A stretch of DNA of 64,000 bases from Mantamonas sphyraenae STR306 (taxonomy: Eukaryota; Protista; CRuMs), in assembly GCA_026936335.1 (NCBI GenBank), contig JAPMXV010000003.1, positions 248,001 to 312,000 of the forward strand, written 5' to 3'. The notes under the pieces were generated by a model. It ran no database searches, had not been told where the DNA came from, and was given only the letters and a program-made list of their open reading frames with translations. Of the stretch, positions 45,645-55,546 are shown in pieces (positions within the stretch are counted from its first letter, which is position 1; each line of letters starts with the position of its first letter). The position numbers and the translations under genes are program-made.

Positions 45645-48600
45645 ATGGCAGACTCACCATCACCACCCCCACCCGAGTATGGCAGTGTAGTTGCAGAAGC
45701 CATGGACACTCAGCAGGAGGAGCAGCAGCAACAAACGTCGCCTGCCAATGACGACGACAAGGCCCCGGCCCAGCAGCCACAGGGTACACCGGCAGACGGC
45801 AATGAGCAAGTGGGAAAGGGAAAGGATGTGGACGACAAGGAGACAGGAAGCACAGGGAAGGAGGGGGGAATGGACAAGGAGGAGGAGAGGCAGAAGGGAA
45901 ACGCAAACGAGGAGACCCAAGTTGAGCCAATGATGTTGGGAGGCCAGGGAACAAGCAGTAGCGAAGGAGAGGCCAGGGATGACGCAGATTCGGATGTAGG
46001 GAAGGGGAAAGGGTCATCCGAGGGTCGTGGAAGGGAGGAGGGAAAGGCACGGGACGATGAGGAGGGCAAAGGCGATGGTCGGCCGTTACAGGAATCGGAG
46101 AGCGAAAGCAACGATGCCTCAACGACCACAAAGGAAGGCCGGGAGGAGGATGCAAAGAAGACTGTCGCACGCAAGGTGGATACAGAGGACGCGGAGAAGA
46201 ATGCAGTTGTGGATGAAGTGACTGTGGATGAACAGGAGGAGGAACGGAATGCCGAAGTGGCAAAGGCACGAGCGGTGGCCAAGGAGGCAGGAGCAACCAC
46301 GGAGGAAGGCGATGAACAGGAACAGGATGCACAGGCAAGTGCAAAGGACAAGGCACAGGTTGCTGGGGGGTCAAAGGCATCCACGGTTCAGGAGGAGGAA
46401 GGCAGCAGCAACGGCAAGGAGGACATTATTGGCACGAACGACGACGGAGAGGAACACAAGGTGGAAGAGGAAGAAAGAGAGGGACGGGAGGGGGATGAGC
46501 CTCATTCACCATGGAAGGTACCCACGGCTGAGGGAGCAGAGGCTGAGGATGAGGAGGAGGAGGAGTATGTGGACGAGGACTTTGACATGGATGACAACCA
46601 ACAGCAGGGACAGGGATACGAGGAGAAGGAGGAGGAGGAGGAAGAGGAGTATGAGAACGATGACTACGAGGATGATGAGCTGGACCACATGATGGATGGC
46701 AATGAGGGCGAGGACGACAGAGACGAGGAAAGGTCACAACCCATGCTGGATGCCATTACCATGGACGACGGGAGCGAGGAGGAGGATGCGATCGATGACA
46801 TGGATGATGACATGGATGATGATAGGGATGCGTTGGATGAAGATGGGGATGGGAAGGAGGAGGCGCCAGCGCGTACGGTGTCGGCACCGTCCGACTCTGC
46901 GTACTCCTTCCTGGCGGTGAGTGCGAACCAGAGCCAGCAGTTTGTCCATGAGCACCGCAAGTCCATCAAGGCAGGGACGACGACGACGGCGGCGGAGGAT
47001 GTGGCTGGACTGTGGAGGAAGAATCAGGAGTTTGCCACGAATGCGTTGAATGGGGCCAACATGGACGAGATGATCCGCAGCGACAACGTGAACGACATGG
47101 ATCCGCAGAACGTGTTTGAACAGACCGGACAACACACACAGCCCATGGCAGGCATACGATCACGCCCGGATCTCAGTGTGGAATTGCCCCTTGCACGACA
47201 CAGCACGCTGCACGCAGACATCCGTCAGTTGGACGATGGTCACAGTGCTTACTCGGGAGAAGCCGAATCGCCTGCACCCAACGTGATGCTGGACTTTTCG
47301 TCACCAGCTGCACGGGGTCAGGGTGTCCTGATGGACGACGATGACGACGACGACGACGACGATGAGATGGTCATGATGATGGGCATGCCACATGATGGCA
47401 GGCATGGTGATGTGGTGGTGGTTGAAGAGGGGGAAGAGGACAGGGACGGAGGCATTGCCATCACAACCACCACCACCACCTCCACCACCCAGGGCAAATC
47501 CAGGACGAAGCACAAACTACGGGGCAGCAACAAACAGTCGCCTGGGTATGGAAGCACAGGGGGCGGAGGAGGAGGGTACGCACAGATGCACGGGGGCGTG
47601 GAGCAACAGCAGAGCCGACGCAGCCGAACCAAGTTGCGTCCAGCGGCACAGGCACAGGGCCACGTGACACCCATGAGTGAATCGGGACACAGCAACGATT
47701 TGCTTAGCAGCGACGACAAGACACGTGCGTCACGCAACATCCACTCGTCGCTGAGCCCTGCGAAACTGCGACGCAGCAACGAAGTGCCTCCGCTGCGGCT
47801 GGAAACACGGTCGCCGGCTGGGCGCGCGTCGCCTGCAGGCAGCTACAGCAGCAGTGTGGCATCTACCGCAAAGGGACAGCGACGCAAGAGCAAACTGACG
47901 CTTGCCAAGGATCGACGCAAGTCCAAGGGGGCTGACGATGGCCGTGACGACGACGATGAAAGCGTGATCGAGATGCCGCGTCGTCGATCGAGCAAACTGA
48001 CGGCACAGCAGCCGCAGGGACAGCAAGGACAGCAGGGACAGCAGGGACACACAAGTGGAGGTGGAGGCAAGGTGCGTGTGCAGCAAACACGCGATGGCAA
48101 CACGACGGTGCGTGTGGGCAACGAAGAGATGGCACTGATGGCGTTGTACCTTCCCCGGCAGCAACCAGACAGCACACAGCCATGGATTGTGGCCATGAAG
48201 CCCGTGTCGACGGACATGATGGAACAGCTGCAACCGAGATACCTGCCACCGCTCATCAATGGATCCGAAGTGCACATGCACAGTCAACAACAGCAAAGCA
48301 GCCCGCAGCAACAACAACAGGGCAACAACAAACGAGTGCCTGCATACATGCAACCGACACGTGCGAGTGAACAACGACACGGAGACGTGGAGGAGAAGCG
48401 AAGGAAGAAGAGGAGGGCTCAGCAACGGGCAAAGTCGCAGCAAAAGACAGGCGGCAACACCAACAGCATCCACAACAGCAACAGCAAACACCGGAGTGCA
48501 CCCAAGCGTCACTCACTGGCAAGCAGCAGTCCAGCAAGGGGCAGTGGGGGCAGCAGTCCTGCTTCGGGGATGGGATTCATGCAGAAGAGCGAGGAGGCAC

Positions 48601-48758
48601 GTGCTCAGATTGCACAGGAGTACGCACGCAGGGCCCAAGAGTTGGGAGTGGCAGGCAGTGGACGACGACAGAGCACTTTGTCCCTTCACAGTCGAGGCAG
48701 CGCAAGTGCAGGTGTCATGGGGGCTCGCACGCGTGTGGGTGCGTATGGAAAGCATTAG
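45645..48758 (+). CDS. Large low-complexity, intrinsically disordered protein (acidic N-half, basic/Ser/Gln-rich C-half); unknown function
   Basis: Stop-free ~1037-codon frame from ATG 45645 with purine-rich codon usage typical of neighbouring genes; no recognisable domain. Confidence 0.7.
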   Translation: MADSPSPPPPEYGSVVAEAMDTQQEEQQQQTSPANDDDKAPAQQPQGTPADGNEQVGKGKDVDDKETGSTGKEGGMDKEEERQKGNANEETQVEPMMLGGQGTSSSEGEARDDADSDVGKGKGSSEGRGREEGKARDDEEGKGDGRPLQESESESNDASTTTKEGREEDAKKTVARKVDTEDAEKNAVVDEVTVDEQEEERNAEVAKARAVAKEAGATTEEGDEQEQDAQASAKDKAQVAGGSKASTVQEEEGSSNGKEDIIGTNDDGEEHKVEEEEREGREGDEPHSPWKVPTAEGAEAEDEEEEEYVDEDFDMDDNQQQGQGYEEKEEEEEEEYENDDYEDDELDHMMDGNEGEDDRDEERSQPMLDAITMDDGSEEEDAIDDMDDDMDDDRDALDEDGDGKEEAPARTVSAPSDSAYSFLAVSANQSQQFVHEHRKSIKAGTTTTAAEDVAGLWRKNQEFATNALNGANMDEMIRSDNVNDMDPQNVFEQTGQHTQPMAGIRSRPDLSVELPLARHSTLHADIRQLDDGHSAYSGEAESPAPNVMLDFSSPAARGQGVLMDDDDDDDDDDEMVMMMGMPHDGRHGDVVVVEEGEEDRDGGIAITTTTTTSTTQGKSRTKHKLRGSNKQSPGYGSTGGGGGGYAQMHGGVEQQQSRRSRTKLRPAAQAQGHVTPMSESGHSNDLLSSDDKTRASRNIHSSLSPAKLRRSNEVPPLRLETRSPAGRASPAGSYSSSVASTAKGQRRKSKLTLAKDRRKSKGADDGRDDDDESVIEMPRRRSSKLTAQQPQGQQGQQGQQGHTSGGGGKVRVQQTRDGNTTVRVGNEEMALMALYLPRQQPDSTQPWIVAMKPVSTDMMEQLQPRYLPPLINGSEVHMHSQQQQSSPQQQQQGNNKRVPAYMQPTRASEQRHGDVEEKRRKKRRAQQRAKSQQKTGGNTNSIHNSNSKHRSAPKRHSLASSSPARGSGGSSPASGMGFMQKSEEARAQIAQEYARRAQELGVAGSGRRQSTLSLHSRGSASAGVMGARTRVGAYGKH

Positions 48759-48780
48759 TGAAACCAACAAACCGTTATTC

Positions 48781-50375
48781 CTATGCGTCGGTCGGACTAC
48801 TCTCCAGCTTCTTGGTGGCCATGGACATGGCTTGGTGGATCTGAGAGATGGCGGTGGGGCAGGTGTCCAGTGGAAACACCGCATACTCGAAATCGCCCAG
48901 CGGGGCTTCGGGACACTCGATCTGCATGTAGTCGAGGTCACGCACCTTGGCAGTGACATAATGGCACCAATTCTTGAGGCCGGGGGCGTTGATTTCAATG
49001 ACCACGGCGGTGTGTGGCGCAAACATGTTGTTGACATGCCCGGCGCCAATGGCCCCTACCACCACCGCCGCATGCTTGAACAGATCCACTGTGGCCGCCA
49101 TGTCCACGTCCCCACGGAACACCTCAAAGTGGAGCAAAGGATACTCGGCCACCACCTTGGCAACCTCGTCAATCCACGTCTGCGTCGACTCTGCGTTGCC
49201 AAACGAACGCGACGCACCGGGCGACCGCACCATAAGGATGGCCTTGTTGCGTTGGGCCATGGGCACATCCTCACCCACCATTTCCCTGTGCAGACGCGTT
49301 GCTTCTTCTTTGGACGGGTTGCCATACATGGAGGGTCTGGGAAAATACAGCTGGTGGGCGTGGATGAACTTGCCGTCGTGGTTGGGCAGCACACGCTCCC
49401 ATGGGATCCCCACCCGTGCAAACGCATCCTTGATAAACGCCTTGTCTGTGGGTGCCATCAGCACTTTGATGTCTGGGTCTGCACGCAAGACATCCAGGCC
49501 GAGCATCAGCCGCGTCATGGTTTCGGCCCAGAAATGGTAGTATTCGTCCCCCCACATGGCAGAAAGCACAAGCAGCTTGTCAAACTCCACAATTAGATTT
49601 GCAGGAATGCCTGGGTTGGGTGCCAGTTCTCCAGCAAGCTGTGCATGCCGTGCAAGGGTGTTGTGAGTCGCGTAGCCCTGGGTCCCGGGTGTGTGTTTTC
49701 CACACTCTGCCGTGCTCTGTGTGTCACCACACCTACCTTTGGCCAGTACCCATTGTTGCCAATCTCGTACACATACTTCTGGTCAAACACCACCGAGAGA
49801 GAATTGCCCACCCAGGCGTCCTCAAGACGTAGCAGGAAGCGCGTCTGGTCGTTCTCTGGCCATTGGTAGTGAGTGTTCTCGTTGGCGTGTGTGAACAGAG
49901 GCAACACCGACGGGGGTGGGCCGTACGCAGGCCGAATGACGTATGCCTCCAATGGTTCCATGAGGAGCACCTGGCCATTGGCACGCAGTTGCTCGAGGTA
50001 GGTTTTGTCCATGTGAAGGATGTTGCGCAACACAGTCAACCCCGTGGGGATCGTGGGGCCCCTCTTGACCAAAGGTGCGGGTGTGGGCAATACGGTCGCC
50101 ACTGCTGTCGGTGTGGGTTCATCCTTGGTGTTGTTTCCGGCCGAATCCAGGTCGGTTTCCCCTTGCTCATTTGCGTTGCCTTGCTCTCCCTCCTTCCCAT
50201 GGCCCTCGTGTCCTGCGCTCTCCACATCCATCGATGAGCTCTCCAGTCGCTTCTCCTCCTGCACCGCAGTCCGGAAGAAGACCATGGAGACCAACGCCAA
50301 CAGGGCAATGGTCACCAACACCAGCGCAACCCTGCTCACCATTGGATGCGTCGGCGCAGCCTCGTACGCACGCAT
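48781..50375 (-). CDS. Type II membrane glycosyltransferase, GT61/DUF563 family; 2 exons
   Basis: N-terminal TM anchor and stem; YYHFWAETMTRL, RSFGN, FKHAAVVVGAIGAGHVNNMFAPHTAVVIEI. A GTAGGT..CAG intron joins the two ORFs in phase 0. Confidence 0.8.
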
Positions 50376-50390
50376 GTGCTCTCTGCGCCC

Positions 50391-51806
50391 TTACACTTCC
50401 ACCTCTACATTGCTACTGGTGGGTTCCAACTCATCACTTGCCCCACTTCCCCCACTGCTGCTGCTGCTGCTGCTGCTATTGTCCACCCGTTGTCTCTTGG
50501 CATCCTCCTCCCCTCCTTGTTGCTTTCCCTCCTCCACAGTGCTTTCCTCGTCCCTCTTTCGCTTGCCTCCTGCTGTCTGCTCTGCACCATTGGCACCGTC
50601 CCGCGCCTTCTGCTTGTTGTGCTTGTTCTGCTTGTTCTGAAAGTGTTGCGCCACAAACGCCTCCAGCTCCTCCTGGGACACGGCGTCGTTGATGCTCTGT
50701 CTGATCTTGGTAAAGATGCCCTTGTCATTGGGCGTGTCCTTGTCGTGGCGAATCCGCTTGAAGCGCCATCCGCCCGTGCGCATGGCAAACCCTCCATCCT
50801 CAGTGGGCACCTTGGTGGGCCACTGTGGATCCTCCACACACTCCAAAATGAGCGATTGCACCCGTTTGGCATCCATGTTACGCAGGGCTGCCTCCTCCTC
50901 CTCCGTGAACGACACGTAATCAAAAAACTCGGAAATCCCCTGGTTGCCCAGTGTCAGGTAGTGAAACTCGTGGCGCCCCTGCATGATGGTGCCCACCCCA
51001 AAGTCCACTGTGTTTTCGTCCGCCGGTTTCCACTTGTACATCTCTGCACAGGTGCCGGGTTTGTACGGCAGTTCCACGGGGGTCAGGATCAACCCGTCGT
51101 TCTTGTGCTTGAGGTTGGGAATGATGTCCTTGAAGAACACGGGGATGTCACCAATGGTCTTGAATGCCTTCATCTGCATGTGTAAGCTCCCTTGTGGTTC
51201 AAAGCCCTCGCCTGAGAGGGCCTTGCGTGCTCCTTGTTGTCTGCCAAACACATACGAGTTCAGGTTGCCCAGACGAGAGCTCAGGTTCTTGTTGACCAGC
51301 GAGAATCCCTCTCTTGCCATCATGTCGAATGCCAGATACACCCACTGGTCGCCCTCTTGCACGAGTTCTCCGTCCAGAAGGGTGCCGTGTTGGGTCTGCT
51401 TCCACAAACTCTTGTCCTTGCTACCATCCTGGGGTAGTACCACGTCCACCATGCGCATGTCCATGTTGCGACCCACCAGAAACACGCCCGAGAAAATCTG
51501 GTTTGCTCGCGAGCCGGAGGAGGAGGAAGAGGAGGCGGCTTGGGCTTGCATCGCACGTCGCGCCTCTTCCGGCCAGTTGATGCTCATCATCAGGTAACGC
51601 ACGCCGTCCGTCTTTTCGGAAACCCAGTACGGGTTGGTTAGCAACGTTTCAAAGTGTTCCCGCATGAAGGAGGCCGGTTGCGAGCCCGGAAACTCGGTCC
51701 TGATCCCAGGCGCAGGACACAGCACCTTGAGCGGATTCAGCACGCGGTCGCGCAGGAACTTGGTGCGCACCTCCAAACCAGGCAGCGGTGGGGGCACTTC
51801 GTCCAT
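50391..51806 (-). CDS. mRNA-capping guanylyltransferase (Ceg1-type, stand-alone)
   Basis: FPGSQPASF, motif I VSEKTDGVRY, TLLDGELV, YLAFDMM, HKNDGLILTP, MYKWKPADENTVDF, WRFKRIRHDKDTPN. Confidence 0.93.
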   Translation of the reverse strand: MDEVPPPLPGLEVRTKFLRDRVLNPLKVLCPAPGIRTEFPGSQPASFMREHFETLLTNPYWVSEKTDGVRYLMMSINWPEEARRAMQAQAASSSSSSGSRANQIFSGVFLVGRNMDMRMVDVVLPQDGSKDKSLWKQTQHGTLLDGELVQEGDQWVYLAFDMMAREGFSLVNKNLSSRLGNLNSYVFGRQQGARKALSGEGFEPQGSLHMQMKAFKTIGDIPVFFKDIIPNLKHKNDGLILTPVELPYKPGTCAEMYKWKPADENTVDFGVGTIMQGRHEFHYLTLGNQGISEFFDYVSFTEEEEAALRNMDAKRVQSLILECVEDPQWPTKVPTEDGGFAMRTGGWRFKRIRHDKDTPNDKGIFTKIRQSINDAVSQEELEAFVAQHFQNKQNKHNKQKARDGANGAEQTAGGKRKRDEESTVEEGKQQGGEEDAKRQRVDNSSSSSSSSGGSGASDELEPTSSNVEVEV

Positions 51807-52024
51807 GGCCGGTTGGTGTGGAGACTTGTTTTGGAATGCACTGCTGTGCGCAAATGCAAGCACACTTTTTTGAAACCCCTTTGCGTCGAGGCAGGAACCC
51901 ACACACGGACCCCTTCCGTTTTCCTCTCCCCACGACCAAACAAGCAACCAACTCGGACTCGCTACTGTGTGCGAACCCACTCTCTCAACTTCTCTCTTTC
52001 TCTTACCGAACAACTTTGCTTTCG

Positions 52025-54989
52025 ATGACACGCACAGCCGTGTTGTTGCTCGCTTTTGCGCTGCTCGCCTCGCTGGTCGCAGCGCACCAACACCCCATGG
52101 ACATGGCAGACGAGGAGGTCGACGATATCCTTCCTTCTGACTGGTCCGAAAAGGTGCCCGATGAACTGCACTCTGGCCACGTACGTTGACACAACACCTG
52201 TCAGGACTCAGAGAGAGGGAAAAAGCAGAGGGCGTTTTTCCCCGGGTGGAGATTATTGTTCTTTTCCCGAAGCGTCCACTGACACTAAAACACGGTGCCA
52301 CGCGTGACCCACAACCTCACGCACACCCACAAACACGCAAACACAGCAAGGCGACGGGTGTGTCCACGAACAGGTGATCAAGAACCTGCGCACGACGCAC
52401 AAGCCCGTGTACGCGCCGCAGGAGTACGATACGAACGCGGCGGCAGCAGGAAACCTGACGGCGGCCGGGTCGCGCAAACTGCTCCTCAGCGGCGCCAACT
52501 ACATCCGGGTGTACTTTGACACGTCTGCGATTGACAACTACGATGCCAAGGCATGCAACAGTGTGGGCCAGGTGCTGACGACGATGAACCCGTCGTACAC
52601 GTGCCAGCAGAAGGACATCATGGACAATTCCAAACGCTCGTACCTGAAGAACACCCTGCTGCCTGCAGCCAAGGCATGGATCGAAGGAGCCTTCAAGCTT
52701 CAGCGAGTGTCGGGCAACCTCAAGTTCAGCAGCAGCACCGATTGCTACCAGGCACCCGTGTCGTCGGTGTACTCCAGTTCCGGGGTGCCCAACGCCGACC
52801 TGGTGCTGTTTGTCACGGGCCGTCCCACGTCGGGTTCGGCCCTGGCCTGGGCGGCCAACTGCCGTCTGGATCAGAACAAGAGGCCCGTGGCGGGACACAT
52901 CAACTTTGGACCGGCCAACCTCAACCCAGACATGTCTGTGCGTTCGCAGCAGGTGGGAGTGGCCATCCACGAGATCGGCCACGTGCAGGGTTTCTCGGGC
53001 TACTTCTTTGACAAGTTTGTGGATCCCAACACCAAGCAGGTGTTGCCCAAGAGCCAGGTGTTGAAGGAGGGCACGCTGTGGTCGTCGCAGCACCAGGTCA
53101 AGTGGGTGCAGACACCCAAGGTGCGTGAGGAGGCAGGCAAGTTCTTTGGCTGCTCCAACACCCCCGGGTTGCAACTGGAGGACGGCGGCACGTCGGGATC
53201 GGCAGGATCGCACTGGGACAAGCGTCTCATGCAGGACGACTACATGAACCCCACGGCCATGTGGAAGCCCGTGTACAGCCGCATCACCTTTGCCTTTTTC
53301 GAGGACACCGGCCACTACGAGATGGACTATGGCAGTGCCGAGGCGTCCAAGTGGGGCCAGGGCATGGGCTGTGACTTTATGACCAAGAGCTGTGGCCAAT
53401 GGCCCAGCAGCTGGGGCTACACCTGTTCCGACCCCAACGCCAAGCCTTGCACGGGCGACCGTACGGCCAAGGGGTACTGCTCGCTGGTCACGTACAGCGC
53501 AGACCTGCCCTCGTACTTCCAGTACTTTAGCAACCCCAAGATGGGCGGTGGTGACAAGTTTAGCGACTACTGTCCCCTCGTGCGTGCGTACAGCAACGGC
53601 GACTGCACAGACACGGGCAACAGCGGACCCAGCGCAGGCGCCTTTGGCGAGAACTACGGCGCCGATGGCATGTGTGTCATGGGCAGCACCATGAAGAGTG
53701 GCTACGTCAACAATGGTGTGCCTCGTGCCTCGTGTGTGATCAAGCGTTGCAGCAACGGCGTCCTGCAACTCAAGGTGGGCTCATCCTGGGTCACCTGCCC
53801 GGCTTCAGGCGGCTCTGTGTCTGCCCCGTCGGGCTTCACAGGCTCCATCACCTGCCCGACCTATGCGCAGGTGTGCACAGGCTCCTCCTCCTCGTCGGGT
53901 GGAGGCAGTAACAACAATGGTGGTGGAAGTGGCAGCAGCTCCCTGGGCGCATACCTGAGCCCGTCGAGCAGCGTGTCTGTGCGCAGCGGACCGGGCACGT
54001 CGTACAGTCTGCTGTGGACGGCGGAGCAGTCGGACGTGTTTATCAAGCTGTCCACGGTGGGCGATTGGGTGCGTGTGCAATCGCTGGGAGGACCCAACGA
54101 CGGCAAGAACGCATACGTGCACGGCGGCTACCTGACCACGGTGGCACTGGTGTGTCCCTCGTTGGATGGACTCAACATGCGCAGTGGGCCGGGCACGTCG
54201 TACACGCGCATCTTTGAGGCCGGCCCCGCCGATTCGTTCCTGGTGTTGAGCAGCAGTGGGTCGTGGAAGCGCCTGCGTGCTGTGTCCAGCCCTCGCACGG
54301 GCACGTACGCATGGGCCAGCAGCTCGTACCTGCGTTCGTGCTCGCCGGCACCCAAGTCCACGCCCACGGGAAGTGGATCGGGAAGTGCCACCAGCTCCAC
54401 GGGCGTGTACTGGATCTCACAGGTCAACAGCATCAGTGTGGAGCGTGTGGACCAGACCAGCTCTGGTTCCTTCTCCACCCTCTCGGGTACGGTGGACAAG
54501 TTCTGCCTGATGACCCTGGAGAACAGGTGGCCCTCGGCAGGCGAGTACGAGGCTGGCAAGAGTGTGTTCTCTCGCGCACGCAAGTACCCGCACTTTCTGG
54601 TGGCCAAGGACAGCTCGGGACGCACTCGCATCGCCCAGTTCCTGCCCCTCAACAAGGCAGGCAGCATGTTCTCCAGCAGCTCGGCCAACAACGACGGTGT
54701 CATCCAGGTCATGGTCGGCGCAAAGGCAAGCTCCCCGTTCACCTCCAACGACTGGTCCCTCAAGGAGGCCGTCAAGGGTCTCTACAAGGCTGTGTCGGAT
54801 GCCACCGGCATGCCCATCCGTGTCGACTCGCGCGTCAAGTTTGTCCAGGACGGCGCCTACGGACGCAACGCCCCGCAGCGTCTCAGCTCTTCCGACTACA
54901 GCAGCGTCTCGGGTATCATTGGTCGCCAGCATGTGCCTGGTGAGACCATGTGGGACCCGGGCATGATTGACCCCCAGCGTCTGATGTGA
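52025..54989 (+). CDS. Secreted leishmanolysin-like (M8) metalloprotease fused to two SH3b domains and a degenerate Amidase_2-like domain; 2 exons
   Basis: Signal peptide, pro-region CVHE, HEIGH zinc motif, LEDGG..GSHWDKR, Met-turn DDYMNP, EDTGHY..WGQGMGCDF, DYCP; two V/MRSGPGTSY..W..V..GY/AW..YL repeats; C-terminal PHF..QFLPL..N..IQV..GRQHVP..WDPG. Confidence 0.9.
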
Positions 54990-55546
54990 TACAAGGAAAT
55001 GCAGTTCATCGGACACGTGCGCTGGCACGTCCACGTAATCATTCACCCGGTCCCTTTCCTGCTGGAGACGCCCAGAACATGTACAGCGTACTCCTTCCTG
55101 TTGCACATTCATGTGCTCTGGGGACCGCAGAGCGAAAGACGCGACAAGTTTGTAACTGCGCTCGGGAAAACCTTGACCCTTGCACGGTATAGGGACGTCG
55201 CCACATCCCACCTTCCCCTCTTTCCCTGTGTCTGTGTGTCATGTATCGCCTGTGCATGCGTTGGTCTGTGCCTGCTGTCGGCTATCGACGAGGAGAGCGC
55301 GTTGAAAAAACGCGGGTGCATGCAGGAGCTTGATGCGCCGCCCTTTTTCCCTTGCGCAGCACGTGTGTCTTCCACCTCCCACCCCCGTTCCACATACACA
55401 CACATGGATTGCAAGACAATAGAGAGAGCTCACTGTTGGACAAAGGACTCATTTGTTTGTTGTTGAAACCCTGCGGCGTCGTTGTTGCCGATCTTGATCT
55501 TGTGCTCTCTCCTCTTGCTATGGAACTAGCATATACAATGGTGGGG

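Noticed and set aside
55105-55150. Hammerhead ribozyme (stem followed by CGAAA)
   Set aside because: No CUGANGA core immediately upstream of the stem.
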